A stretch of 47,485 nt of DNA, the filler included, from Catajapyx aquilonaris (Eukaryota): NCBI GenBank assembly GCA_000934665.2. It is 2 parts of 2 records of this genome, joined end to end, with 100 filler letters (N's around TTAATTAATTAA, not from the genome) between each part and the next. Parts side by side here need not be neighbours in the genome. Positions count along the whole stretch, not along the records: positions 1 to 23,704 come from JYFJ02005640.1; 1 more part is not named here. One strand, written 5' to 3'. Each line of letters opens with the position of its first letter. The first letter of the stretch is position 1. Both the position numbers and the translations under genes were made by a program. Positions 11,881 to 22,826 of this stretch are shown one piece after another. The notes beneath the pieces were generated by a model. It was not told the DNA's origin. It saw nothing but the letters and a program-made list of their open reading frames with translations, and did no database searches.

Positions 11881-12190
11881 GGGTGGGACAAAAAACAAAC
11901 AAAGCATGCCTGCTTCAACTGCGACAAATTGTTCAGAAAGCCTTCCCGGCACTTGGAATAAATCAATGTTGCCTGTGCATTAGCATTACGAAAAAGAAGC
12001 AGCAAAATAAAAGGAAAGTTGCCTTTGAAAAGATCACATGATCACTACAATCTTGTAGCACTGGCCAAGAACTCCGGGGAGCTTACACTCGTCAGAAGGC
12101 CAACAACGGACACCAGTTGCAGTAACTGTGTACCCTGTACAAATTGTCATGAATTCTTCAGACCACTCCAGGCATGGCAAGAAATGCCAC
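11881..12190 (+). pseudogene. Cys/His-rich N-terminal domain typical of tyrosine-recombinase (Crypton-like) DNA elements; degraded
   Basis: One frame reads WDKKQTKHACFNCDKLFRKPSRHLE*...HYNLVALAKNSGELTLVRRP...CVPCTNCHEFF. The family link is recalled from motif memory, and no recombinase domain is visible. Confidence 0.5.
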
Positions 12191-12659
12191 CAAAACACCA
12201 CATGATGATGCAGGATAAGGCAGTACCAGGGGCAAACCCGCCCTCATATTTAATTGCCGCAGAATGTGACTTGTGCAACTTTCTCTCCCCTGAGGCACAT
12301 TACCTTGTTATAATCTGCATCATACTACAATATTGTCGGCATACAAGGGAAAGGAACCAAGTCCAAAAACCCGATTTGGTGAAAATCCACCACAGCTATT
12401 TGCTGTGCCCATTAACTCCAAAGCTTAATGAATAGAGAATGCAGAAAATGCTGAATAGGTGGCTCATTACATGTTTTTGCATCAACTAAGGTTAATATGT
12501 AGGTAATTGCAGGCAAAGCCATGAGCACTAAAAGAAGAGTGAGGGCAGCTCAGATGAAGAGCAATCCACAAGCGACCAGGTAATGCACAATAAAATAAGG
12601 GCACAGAGGGGAGCGTTGTCAAATGATAAGGGCCCAGTTCAATACGAAAACATTCAGAG

Positions 12660-12830
12660 CAGCAATGCTGGTTTAAACCGGATCCGGGCAGCAAAGTAAA
12701 GTGTAGGCGTACTGCCTGTTGTGTCTCAATTTGCTGCGGCAAAAGTGAAATCGAGAAACATCCATATGGAAGAAGCACCAAGTGAAAGTCAAGGCTGTGA
12801 AAAGCAGTCCTTCAATTAGTGGGTTCTTGA
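12660..12830 (+). pseudogene. hAT (Tip100/ZNF862-like) N-terminal TTF-type zinc finger remnant
   Basis: WFKPDPGSK..AYCLLC...GKSEIEKH...KHQVKVKAVKSSPSISGFL, read across frameshifts. Confidence 0.55.
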
Positions 12831-13690
12831 CCACCAGTTCGCAGCCACGGTGCCGGGGAAACAATGAAGAAGTGGACCCATGTCTTGGGATATTACTTCA
12901 GCAGGGGACCATTACCATGGAATGCTCTGTTCCAACTGTTAAGCAGGTTACTGACAATTTGTGAAGAATGCAGGCCAGATTCTTAAGAAGATTCTGGCAT
13001 ACCAGGTTGCTGTGCATGACTATGTCACAGGCTTGAGTGCCCTGTACTATGTGGCCAGATATTTGTGTAATAACTTTAGTTCCCTATAGAGGGGCAACCA
13101 AGAGGAGCCAAGCGACAGCTAGATGGAGCCCTGCAACAGTACATTGCCAGTCAGCAACGGTCATGTCTTTACCCCATCAGGCCCAAGCAGCCGCAATGCC
13201 ACGATGCCAGGGTTGGGAAAAAACCGTTTTTTTAAAAAAAACACCAAATAACCAGTTTTTTTTTTGTTTAAACCAGTTTTTTTTTGTTTAAACCAGTTTT
13301 TTTTTTGTTTAAACCAGGTTTAATTTCAAATTTTTGGTTTAAATTCATTTAAACAAGTTGTGACTTCTTATCATCTACATATGCCCATTCCCAACTCATA
13401 GTGAGAATAATAAGTTATACTTTCGAAATGTATCTTGCTTAAAATTACAATTATTCGGCAAATTGAAAGCTGAGTCTCAAAATATGGTATTATTTTGAAA
13501 ACTACAATGTAGAGATTTCACACAGAAATGTTGCTTAAATGTTTCGATATAAGTAAACAAATAACAAAATCGTGGAATTGTATAATAATACTGTACAATA
13601 CTAAAACTAATTAACTTAACTTTTAACCTGAGTTCAAAAAGCACTAACAGTCTATCTTCTATGCCTCCAGCAGCCTTATGAATGATTTAA

Positions 13691-14102
13691 CCCTTAACCA
13701 CGTAGGTGGGTGAAACACCTTTAACTACGTAGGTGGAGCCTGAGAGGCTCCAACAGTATATTTAAATTTCTGCTTATCAACTAAATTGTTATATTGGACT
13801 TTTCACATACAGAAAGTGCAGTTCAGATCATTAGGCTTCCGAAAACGTAAAAATCACACGCTGAGTCAGCATATTCCGACAGGGAAAAAATTTTAATTAA
13901 AAGGTTACGGGACCTGTTCCTCGTTACGAATTTTTTAAAACCAAAGAATAGGGACTAGATTTTTTTTTTCTTTCCTTTCCATGCTTAGGAAGGTTTTCTG
14001 ACGAAGTCACGGAAGGACAGGGTAAAATAAAATTCAATGAAAAAGTTACATGCGTTTAAATAGTGCTTGGAGCCTCTCAGGCTCCACCTACGTAGTTAAG
14101 GG
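13691..14102. mobile_element. piggyBac-type MITE (412 bp) nested in the hAT element
   Basis: TTAA TSD at 13687-13690 and 14103-14106; CCCTT...AAGGG ends; the TIR contains the palindrome GGAGCCTGAGAGGCTCC. Confidence 0.92.
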
Positions 14103-14132
14103 TTAAACATTAAAAGATAAAATGATAAATGA

Positions 14133-14357
14133 CTATACAATATACATACATACGTATACATACATTACATGCATACAATCACAGCATTTTCCTTTCCAGA
14201 GACGATATGCACATTTTGATACGTGATTTTTCATTCTGGTTACTTGGCCCTCTAGTTCATAGCCACATTTTTTACATTTGGCCCTTACACCTTTTCTCGC
14301 TTCCTTTTTAACTTCATCAAATGACATCCAAACAATATCACATTTTCTACCAGCCAT
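14133..14357 (-). pseudogene. Truncated hAT transposase N-terminus (BED zinc finger)
   Basis: MAGRKCDIVWMSF...RAKCKKCGYELEGQVTRMKNHVSKC fits the BED pattern W..F / CxxC / HxxxC. Confidence 0.85.
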
Positions 14358-15189
14358 ATTAAATTGGTGAACTTAGCCAAACAGGTCTACACTCTGCCAT
14401 TAAATTTCACAAACAGCTCTTTGCTTCAGTACACCAGGAAAGAAGAGTGCAATGTGGTGCAATATGGTGCAACCACTGCAATGTATGATTGGATATTGCT
14501 AAAGCGGATTTCCCATGAAGTGGGGATTCCCCTTCAGCTTTGGAAGGGAAATTTTAGCAGTAATTGGGACTACCTTTCATTTAAAAAAACCATGATGGTT
14601 TTTTAAAAAAAACCACTTGATTTAAACCGTGGTTTAAACCATGGTTTAAACCAATGTGGTTTAAACCAGCCAACCCTGCACGATGCACAAGCTCAATAAA
14701 GAGCTGTCAGCTGTAAGTGAGCAGCTAAAAGGGCTTCATGAAGACGAGCATGAACAATTTGTGCGGACACTTGTCCCTCTCCTGAGGCGGGTACTGATAC
14801 CATTAATACGGCAATGTCAGATTTCTCTGCTGTCAACCGTTGTAGAGAATGCAAACACTGTGGTGATGAGCGGTTTCACTTGAAATTGTTAACAAATGTT
14901 TTTTACATACAAATATTATATCCCATAGCAACTGTCTACAATAAAACAGCAATGCTTCTTATATTTGCACATCACATAATTATGCATTACAGATGGTCAT
15001 CATCGCAAATGTCATTCAAATACATTTAAAAAATGACATCAATGAAATGTGCGGGGGAAATATTATCCCCATTATAGGCTATTATATGGAAACATGGCAG
15101 TCGAGCTAGGTTTCTCCATTAATAATTAGGTGTTGATTGAAAAAATGAGACTAAGAAACTCTAATTGGGTCTATGACGCACTTGCTTGA

Positions 15190-15392
15190 TATGGCGAGGT
15201 AGAAAACTCTCGGATGACGTACGGTCAAGGCAAGCCTGGCATTACACAGATGCTGCACATAATGAGTGAGCACAACATTGTCCGGAGGCTGGAGGGTAAA
15301 AAGACGCAGAGCTCCTTGACATAGTGACGCAGGAGGGCATAATGAGAGGTGTGCAAAAAACGGTGGAGCAAGTGCGCAAAAAGTGGAAGGTG
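15190..15392 (+). pseudogene. Myb/SANT-like (trihelix) DNA-binding domain remnant, probably a Harbinger ORF2
   Basis: MLHIMSEHNIVRRLEGKK...RGVQKTVEQVRKKWK fits the KT.EQ.R.KWK helix-3 motif. Confidence 0.6.
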
Positions 15393-16016
15393 CTACCCAC
15401 GCTTATTTGCTGCAAGCAGGAAGCTATGTAAGTGGTTGAACAAGGCAGTCGAAAACTTATGTTCCAACCAGAAACCCACCAAGTCAGACCTCATATCAGA
15501 GCAAACATAAATAACTCCAGCTTTAAAGCAAAGAGCTACAAAATTCTGGAGAAGAGATCCCAGTGCTGCCTGGTGTGAAGCAGACAACGATAAATCCTTC
15601 ATCAAAGCAAAAAGCAACACTTTACTGTGTCCACCTTCATGCTTGAGTAATCAGAAAACTATTGTTACCCACGTAAATGCAGACAAGTCTTACTATTAAC
15701 AGAAAATGAAAGTTTCTCGATGCATATTACCACCATTAGATTGAGAACAATTAAGTAAAAAAACATATATATTCCTCCAGCCACCTCAACGCCTTCAGCC
15801 ACCCAGGTAATCTTCTGCAACACCTCCAGTACAATGACAAGGCTTGGCTATGGTCCTCAAATTTTCTTCCCAACTCCAACCTTATCCCTGCCCCTGCCAA
15901 CACCCCGCAAGGGATTTCTTGATGGCCAAGGGGTTGAAGCCCTTCCCTTCCCCTCCACTCCCAAAGGTCTCCATTGTCAAGGCGCTCCTATCAAGTCCTT
16001 CCAGTCTTCGTAACTC

Positions 16017-16301
16017 AAGCCGGCCTTGGTGGACTAGTGGTTAGCGCGCTCGCCTCTGGTCCCAAGGTTGTGGGTTCGAACCCGGCCGAGGTCGGTGACT
16101 TTTCTCCGGGTGGTAGAAAAGTGAGAGTGCGCCTTCCTTCAGAGGGGAAGTAAAGCAGTCGGTCCCATGTGCTTGTGACATTGCGCGAGTGCACGTTAAA
16201 GATCGACAGAGTGGCCAAACTTCCAGGAGGAGGACAACCCCCTGGCGTTGGTGTTGAGCCTTAGAGGCAGAAATAGGCCGACGTTAAGCCCCACTGAACC
16301 T
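16017..16301 (+). mobile_element. tRNA-derived SINE (285 bp)
   Basis: Pol III box A TGGACTAGTGG and box B GGTTCGAACCC; 14-bp TSD AGTCTTCGTAACTC at 16003-16016 and 16302-16315; non-tRNA body CCTTC.GAGGGGAAGTAAAGC.GTCGGTCCCATGT. Confidence 0.92.
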
Positions 16302-17034
16302 AGTCTTCGTAACTCTTGCCTCTTTCTTGGTCCTAGGTACTCTTCATTGCTGGTACTTCTTACAGGCCGGCAGGCACTATAAAAAAGAGGCCATCATTAA
16401 TATTCAGTCTACATTCATATTCCAATCACAAATTTAAAGCAATAATTAAAAAGCAAGAGAAATTTAAACCCCATCAGTCATGATAACCGCTTATTACACA
16501 TATGACAGTTAGGTCACTTTTTTGAGGCACAGCGGAGATAAATCACACTCCCAAGGATACACGTCAAATAAGTTAAAACTTCCGCCAAAGAAGACAATTA
16601 GGGGATGCAGCTGGGAAATTCAAAAACTTCCAATACCAAAAATAGTTTGCCTATTCATGAACCATTGTTCTGATGAAAATCCACCAAAAAAATCAATTTC
16701 TGCACAGTTTAGAAGCGGTCATCAAGCATTTTAATGACCAAAACTGTTTTTGCACTTCGTGTGTTTCGTTTAAATATGAGGACAGTGTTACACTGATTAA
16801 GTTTGAATCCCTGCAACAAGGCAATCAATTACTGTCGGACATTATTGAATACTTCAGTGCCAATGGGGTCCTAGCCTTGGTTTGGGATTTGGGACTTATG
16901 TTCATAAATAGCTAGCCCATGCATGTAAACGCACATTCCAGCACTCTGTTGCATCAAAATGATATTACTGGATAAATTGCGGCATATTTAAGTGCCTTCA
17001 AAATTGGCAGGAAAAATGGGACGTGGCCTCTGAG

Positions 17035-17718
17035 GCGAGTGGTGCCAATCGGAGGGTAAACTGAAATGCCGGGTTGGCTGCGAGATCTGAGGAATTTGAT
17101 TCTGAATTTACCGCGGACACGATGGAAAACATTCGAAAGGCAGCTGTAGGCCATCAACATGGAGAAAGGGTGCCTTTATGTGCCGAATTCGGGAGACAGA
17201 TAATTCCGAGCTGCTGGCATCACTGCCAGACCCGAATCGGATTGAGCGGCTCAGAGTAAAAACACGCCCTGGCCACTTAGATAGAGACTTAAGGGGTCGA
17301 CCTGTCCGATAGGCACTGGACCCCGGCCCCAGCCACTAAATTGCTCACGCTTATTCACTCCGTCTGGCACACAGCGGGGTGGGTTTCGGCTCCGGGCGAC
17401 CTGCCCGCCCTCCAAATCGAGCTCTGCAAGGGTCTGGCACCGCAGGCACCAGGAATAGGACGGTTCCTAACAACAATGAAACATTTTACGACCATGCCGG
17501 GGCACGTTCTATAGACACCATTCTTGCCTTCATTTCACTTAGCGTGACGCCAACATTTCGCTAGGACAATGTGACGTCCCCATGTCCTACCAAAAAAAAC
17601 CCGCCAATATCTCCAGTTTAACTAAAACTGATTTCTTAAAACGGAATATGCCAAAGAATCCCAAAAAATATGGCAGAATTTATAATGTAGTTTCCAAAAT
17701 GTAGGCTAGAACCCCATT
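17035..17718 (+). repeat. Left arm of a long diverged inverted repeat (partner at 19295-19907)
   Basis: For example, TTTTACGACCATGCCGGGGCACGTT.TATAGACACCATTCTTGCCTTCATTTCACTT is present as a reverse complement at ~19470-19525. Confidence 0.9.
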
Positions 17719-17841
17719 CACTAATTGAGACTGGGAAGAACCTGGTGAGCCACAAAAATGCCCAGGCATACACTAATTTCCTCGACAACTTTCACAATCA
17801 GGATATAACTAAGAACCTTAAATGTATTAAACTTGACATAA

Positions 17842-18060
17842 CCTCCTGAGACCTGATGTCCACTGAAGAATAAGCAATCAAAGCCCTCATATCAGCCTGC
17901 CGCAAACAAATTAATCTCACTAATAAACCACCAATAAGTCTAATGGAAACCCACATGGACATCAGCTAAAAAAAAAAAAGGCGTCAATTTCAGTTGACAC
18001 TTTTTTTTCTTTTTTCTTTTTTGCTGATGTCCAATATATTGGACATCAGGTCTCAGAAGG
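17842..18060. mobile_element. 219-bp MITE, piggyBac-like, with an ATAA target duplication
   Basis: TIR CCTCCTGAGACCTGATGTCCA / TGGACATCAGGTCTCAGAAGG (1 mismatch); ATAA at 17838-17841 and 18061-18064; internal CTGATGTCCA repeats. Confidence 0.8.
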
Positions 18061-18485
18061 ATAAACCACTTGCACTTCCACACAGTGCTCATTCAATTGG
18101 CCACCACTGTGCCTAACAGTCCCATTATAAACCTCATTCCCTTCACAACAAATTCTAGAATGTACAAATTAGGGGGGAAATTTAAATTATTATCTTTAAT
18201 ATCCACCCTTATTTTCATAGTGCTGCCGCCAGTAGTGCTTCATCGTACACTCTGAACTAAAGCTGCAGTCCCAAAAGCGTTTGGAATAGGCCAAGTGTAA
18301 TACCGACCAAATTTTACCAAGAGCACTTTCATTTGTGGAAAAGTGGCCATGGTAATATTTTGCTGAGAGAACCATGCAGTGTCAAAAGCATAGGTACCGT
18401 ATGTTATTCTTCCATTCTTCAATGAAGTTATTTCAATAGAAAATGTCTGTGGCAGAATCACTCACGAGTCATTCTGCTGCATAAA

Positions 18486-18632
18486 CTCACTCGATTTGTA
18501 AATGGTGGCAACAATGGAAGCAATCTCCATGTGCTAATGTTTGAATTGGCCCGCCGGAAGGAGTTGCCAGGTAACGCAGCGCCGTCGACGACGGGAAAGA
18601 AACATTCAGCGACGGCTATGTGTCCAGCACAG
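18486..18632. mobile_element. Right half of a CAGTGCTGGACA-family MITE abutting a full copy
   Basis: Matches the right arm of 18635-18967 and ends TGTCCAGCACAG|TA. Confidence 0.85.
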
Positions 18633-18634
18633 TA

Positions 18635-18967
18635 CAGTGCTGGACAAATTAGCCGTCGCCGAATGTTTTTTTCCGGCGGCGGCGTTACCTGTCAACCCTG
18701 TCCGGCGGGCCAATTCAAACATCAGCCCATGGATAGCGCTTCCATTGTTGCCACTGTTTACAAATAAAGTGAGTGAGTGCGCAAGCAGAAGAGACCCGTC
18801 GCTGGGTCGTCCGCATCACTCCCTCGATTTGTAAACAGTGGCAACAATGGAAGCACTCTCCATGTGCTGATGTTTGAATTGGCCCGCCGGACGGGGTTGC
18901 CAGGTAACGCCGCCGCCGCAGCCGCCGGAAAAAAAACATTCAGCGACGGCTAATATGTCCAGCACTG
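18635..18967. mobile_element. Tc1/mariner-type foldback MITE, CAGTGCTGGACA family (333 bp)
   Basis: TA|CAGTGCTGGACA...TGTCCAGCACTG|TA with ~140-bp arms; closely similar to 23248-23579. Confidence 0.93.
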
Positions 18968-19294
18968 TACTTCCCTTCTGATGTTGCCAGGCTCGATTTT
19001 CCCACAACAGATGGCCTAGCCGTCCTCCAGACCCATTACGTCACTTTCCACAGCCTACATCACCCATTCCCCCTGCCGGCCTGAATCAAGTTAGCTCCAA
19101 ATTAGCGAAAATATCTGCAACGAACTTGTACAAGGTTGAAAAACATGCCACAGTGATGTTTGAGCCATTAACGACCAAAATTGCCTTCCCACACGATCCT
19201 TTCCAATATTGGCCAGTTCGTACTTGCAGTTAACAAGTTATTGCAGCAGTCTGTCGATACTCTAATAATATTTCTAACCTGAAAATTTCTACAC

Positions 19295-19907
19295 AATGGT
19301 GTCCTAGCCATCATTTTGGAAACTACATCATAAATTCGGCCATATTTTTTGCATCTTTTTGGCGTATTCCGTTTTAAGAAATCAGTTTCAGTTCTGGAGA
19401 TATTGGCAGTTTTTTTTGGTAGGACATGGTGACATCACTGTGTCCTAGCGAAATGTTGACGTCACGCAAAGTGAAATGAAGGCAAGAATGGTGTCTATAA
19501 AACGTGCCCCGGCATGGTCGTAAAATGCTTCATTGTTGCTAGCAACTGCCCTATTCCTGGTGCTTGCGGTGCCAGACCCTACGAGGGCAGGCAGGTCGCT
19601 CCAGGGTGAACCCACCCTGCTGTATGCCGGAGGGAGTGAAGAAGGGTATGGTATATTGCGGCTGGAGCGCGTTTTTACTCGAAGCCGCGCAAACTTCTTC
19701 AGGCCCGGCAGAGATGCCAGCAGCTTGGAATGATCTGTCTCCCGAATTCGGAACATAAAGGCCCTCTTTCTACACCTCGATGGCCTAGAGCCACCTTGCG
19801 AAAGCTTTCTGTCGTGTCCGCAGTAAATTCAAAATCAAATTCCTAACCTCTCGCAGTCAACCAGGTATTTCAGTGTACCCTTTCATTGGCAACACTCGGC
19901 CACCCTG
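19295..19907 (-). repeat. Right arm of the long inverted repeat, ending in a CAGGGTGGCC-type TIR
   Basis: Reverse complement of 17035-17718; terminates ...CACTCGGCCACCCTG. Confidence 0.88.
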
Positions 19908-19938
19908 TTTTAAAATTCAACACCTACACTAACCTCTA

Positions 19939-20397
19939 CAGGGTGTCCCTTACTAGTCGCCCTTCCGTCCGGCAGTGCACTCATTGGCCCAAAACAAGTC
20001 GTAAATATAGGGAGTAGAAATGTCGAGGTAGTAACCGGTAACGAGATAAACGATGATCAAGATGAGGTCGCCCCCAAGACAATCGCGGCAACCCACCCGC
20101 CGGCTTTTGTGCGGCAATGGCTTTAGCAAGGTCGCCTCGTGCTCAGCGCGCAATGTCAGGTTCATATCCTGACCCCTAGGCAAACCTACAAGTGAGGGAG
20201 TCGAACCGATTGCCGCTCCTGCCGCACAAAAGCCAGTGGGTGGGTTGCCGCGATTGTCTTTGGGGCAACCTCATCTCAATCATCGTTTATCTCGTTACCG
20301 GTTACTGCTTCGACATTTCTCCTCCCTACATTTACGACTTGTTTTAGGCCAATGAGTGCACTGCCGGACGGAAGGGCGACTAGTATGGGACACCCTG
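19939..20397. mobile_element. Tc1/mariner-type foldback MITE (459 bp), CAGGGTGTCCC family
   Basis: TA|CAGGGTGTCCC...GGGACACCCTG|TA with ~178-bp inverted arms. Confidence 0.93.
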
Positions 20398-21435
20398 TAT
20401 TTATTAAGGCGTGGCCCAAATCAGGCGATGCTCCAGTCACAGGAACATGTTTTCACGTCACACCTGAACCGAACAACTGTCCAAAGCTGTGCATGCATCC
20501 TGTACCTTCATTTTAGCCCAACATGCACAGTCGCAACGCTCAGTTTGTACCAAACCTAAAACCCGCAGTACCTAGTTCCCGCCCCGCCCTCAACCCCGTT
20601 TGCATCTAGTTGCAGTGGCGTTCTCGGCCTCGTCTGGGATGAATGTTCGCAAGAGCAGTGCCCAGCGCACAACACTGGCTACCCAACCCACCAGTTACCA
20701 CAAGGTGTTTGCATGGACTCAACATGGGTGTGCAGGGCAGGTCCTTCCTGTTGCAATAAGGCCCAATGCGACAATTAGGGGCGAATAGTGACTGTGCTGT
20801 TGAGAAGTGGGTGGGAAGGGAAGGGGGGTGCATAAACCGGGCTCAGATTCGGCTATTTACCTGTCCGGGGCCTCGCTCCCTGGCTGCTCCGGACCCTGGT
20901 GGTGTGTCCGTGGGTGGGTGCCGGTGTGGGGGCGGCCCAGGGGCGGGAAGGGCGGAGAGAAACATCCTCCCTGCGTGTTCCAACTTGTTCCGACGCACTC
21001 TCTCCCTTCCAGCGGCAGCGACACACGCCGATTGGCGGACGGATGGGGAAGCTCTCTTTACTGCGCATTCAGAAGGGTTCGGTCTACTCTGTGGAGGACG
21101 CCATTTTTGGTACAAGCCTCCAGGTTATGACTGCACTGGTTAGGCATAACGATTGTTCATGTCGCAATGGACCAACAATGCACATTGCAGTATGATCCGA
21201 TATGCAAATGTAATGACTGCGGTTGAACACATGTGAAACACATGAGAGTAGATCTCTCGAGCCAAACATGTCAGCCACCCTATCCGGATGGCCATACCCT
21301 TTCGAGATGGTAGGACCCTGCCATCTGACGGGGGGAAGCCACAACCAGCCAAGGACGCCAACCGGACGCTCCTTTTTTCTCCCCTTCACTTTCCGAAGAG
21401 ATGACGTCGCTTCTCCGCCGCTGCTGCCCGTGGTC

Positions 21436-21467
<32 letters not shown>

Positions 21468-21813
21468 NCCCCCCTGCTTGGACGGACCCCTTGGCTGCCC
21501 CTGGTCCAGCCCACCACCCAGATGGGGGGACTCGCAGCCTTCCCCTGCACACATAACAGGTACGCATTTCCTCCCCCTCATTTTAGGCCTAAAACATGGC
21601 GTTTCCCCTGCCCACTTTTTTCGCTGGAGAAGTGGGCTTCAGGGGGCTTCACCTCACTGGGGGGGACTGCGCACTCACCAATTATTCAGGTTATTTGCCG
21701 ACAATGGAATGCTGAAGGAGGGAATTTCAATGATTAGTGAAAATGTAGGCTTGGAAGGTCAGAATTTGTAATATTTTTTTTGCATGTGAAATAACCGCGG
21801 CCAGTCCTAGGTA

Positions 21814-22254
21814 CAGTGCCGGGCAGGTACGGCGGGTGGCACCGCAAGCCGCTGCGGCAAAGAGAGCGAATCACAGTGAAGTGGTAGTAGTTGCGCCAGT
21901 CCATGTGAATTCACTGGTTGTGCACACGTGTTCAAATCGGGCAGGAGCGACCCAGGGATAGGTGGATGGAATTGCCTTTTTGCATTAATTACACCAAGGA
22001 CATGCCTTAATTATGGTAAAACCTAGTTTAGAATCATAGGCTTGATCTGTCTCTAGTCGCTGGCCCAGAATAATGGGTAAATAAGGGGAAGAACTTCAAT
22101 TCCATTCATCTTTACCTTTCTCGAACTGGTTTTGAATACGTGTGGGCTGCTGCTCATGTGATAGTTGTTACCACTAATTCATCACTTAGATTCGCGCTTT
22201 TGCTGCTGCGGCTCATACTGCCTTCCAATATTTTACCATGCCTGTCCAGCATTG
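21814..22254. mobile_element. Old diverged foldback MITE with CAGTGCYGGRCA tips
   Basis: TA|CAGTGCCGGGCAGG...CCTGTCCAGCATTG|CA; internal inverted matches include GCAAAGAGAGCGAATC/GATTCGCGCTTTTGC and CACACGTGTTCAAA/TTTGAATACGTGTG. Confidence 0.7.
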
Positions 22255-22256
22255 CA

Positions 22257-22826
22257 CTTATCTAAATTTTAATTTCCATGACAGCTGTTCACGGCTTATA
22301 TTTTGAGTGACACACTGTTCACTGAACTGATATTGAATTAAATCAAGGCTCACTCAATGCTGGTTGCACAAATTGCGACAATGCCTTAGTCTGGGCCAGC
22401 CCCCTGACACAAGTACTCCAGCTCAATGCTCTCTATAAATTTTCGTTCAGAGGGTTGAATGGGTGGTAATGCGTTTTGTGGCCGTTGCATTGCTGAACTG
22501 CTGCAGCAATTGCCGCGATGCCTGGCACCTCTGGCGGGCAAAGATGCATTAATAGACAACACCGTAGAAATCGAGCATGTCCTCTATTAAGTGCAAAGGA
22601 GGCATCACGGCAATTGCTGCAGCACCTTCAGTGCTGCAACAGCCATTAAACTCATTGCAACCCCCTGAACGCGATCAGAAGGGGAGTGACCAGACCTGAG
22701 TATTATAAGACTGCCGGTGGGGCATTATAGGGAGGGATCATACCGGCACATATTTTCAGTGAACAGTATGTGACTCAAATAATAGGCACCACAAGCCATT
22801 GGCATGAAAAGAAAATTTTAGGCAAG
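22257..22826. mobile_element. Old diverged foldback MITE (~570 bp)
   Basis: CTTATCTAAATTTT...AAAATTTTAGGCAAG|TA; inverted matches TTTGAGTGACACACTGTTCACTGAA/TTCAGTGAACAGTATGTGACTCAAA and TGCTGCAGCAATTGCCG/CGGCAATTGCTGCAGCA. Confidence 0.7.

Larger units (their letters stand above)
13208..14678 (-). mobile_element. Non-autonomous hAT transposon (internal deletion derivative) retaining a BED zinc finger
   Basis: TIR CAGGGTTGG/CCAACCCTG; perfect 8-bp TSD CACGATGC at 13200-13207 and 14679-14686; subterminal GTTTAAACC repeats at both ends; BED finger ORF at 14133-14357 (-). Confidence 0.95.

Noticed and set aside
16020..16095. tRNA gene
   Set aside because: The tRNA-like head continues into an unrelated ~210-bp body bounded by a 14-bp TSD, so it is a SINE.
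21084..21771. Poly-Pro/poly-Gly proteins
   Set aside because: They arise from a poly-C tract containing an N, which is low-quality sequence.
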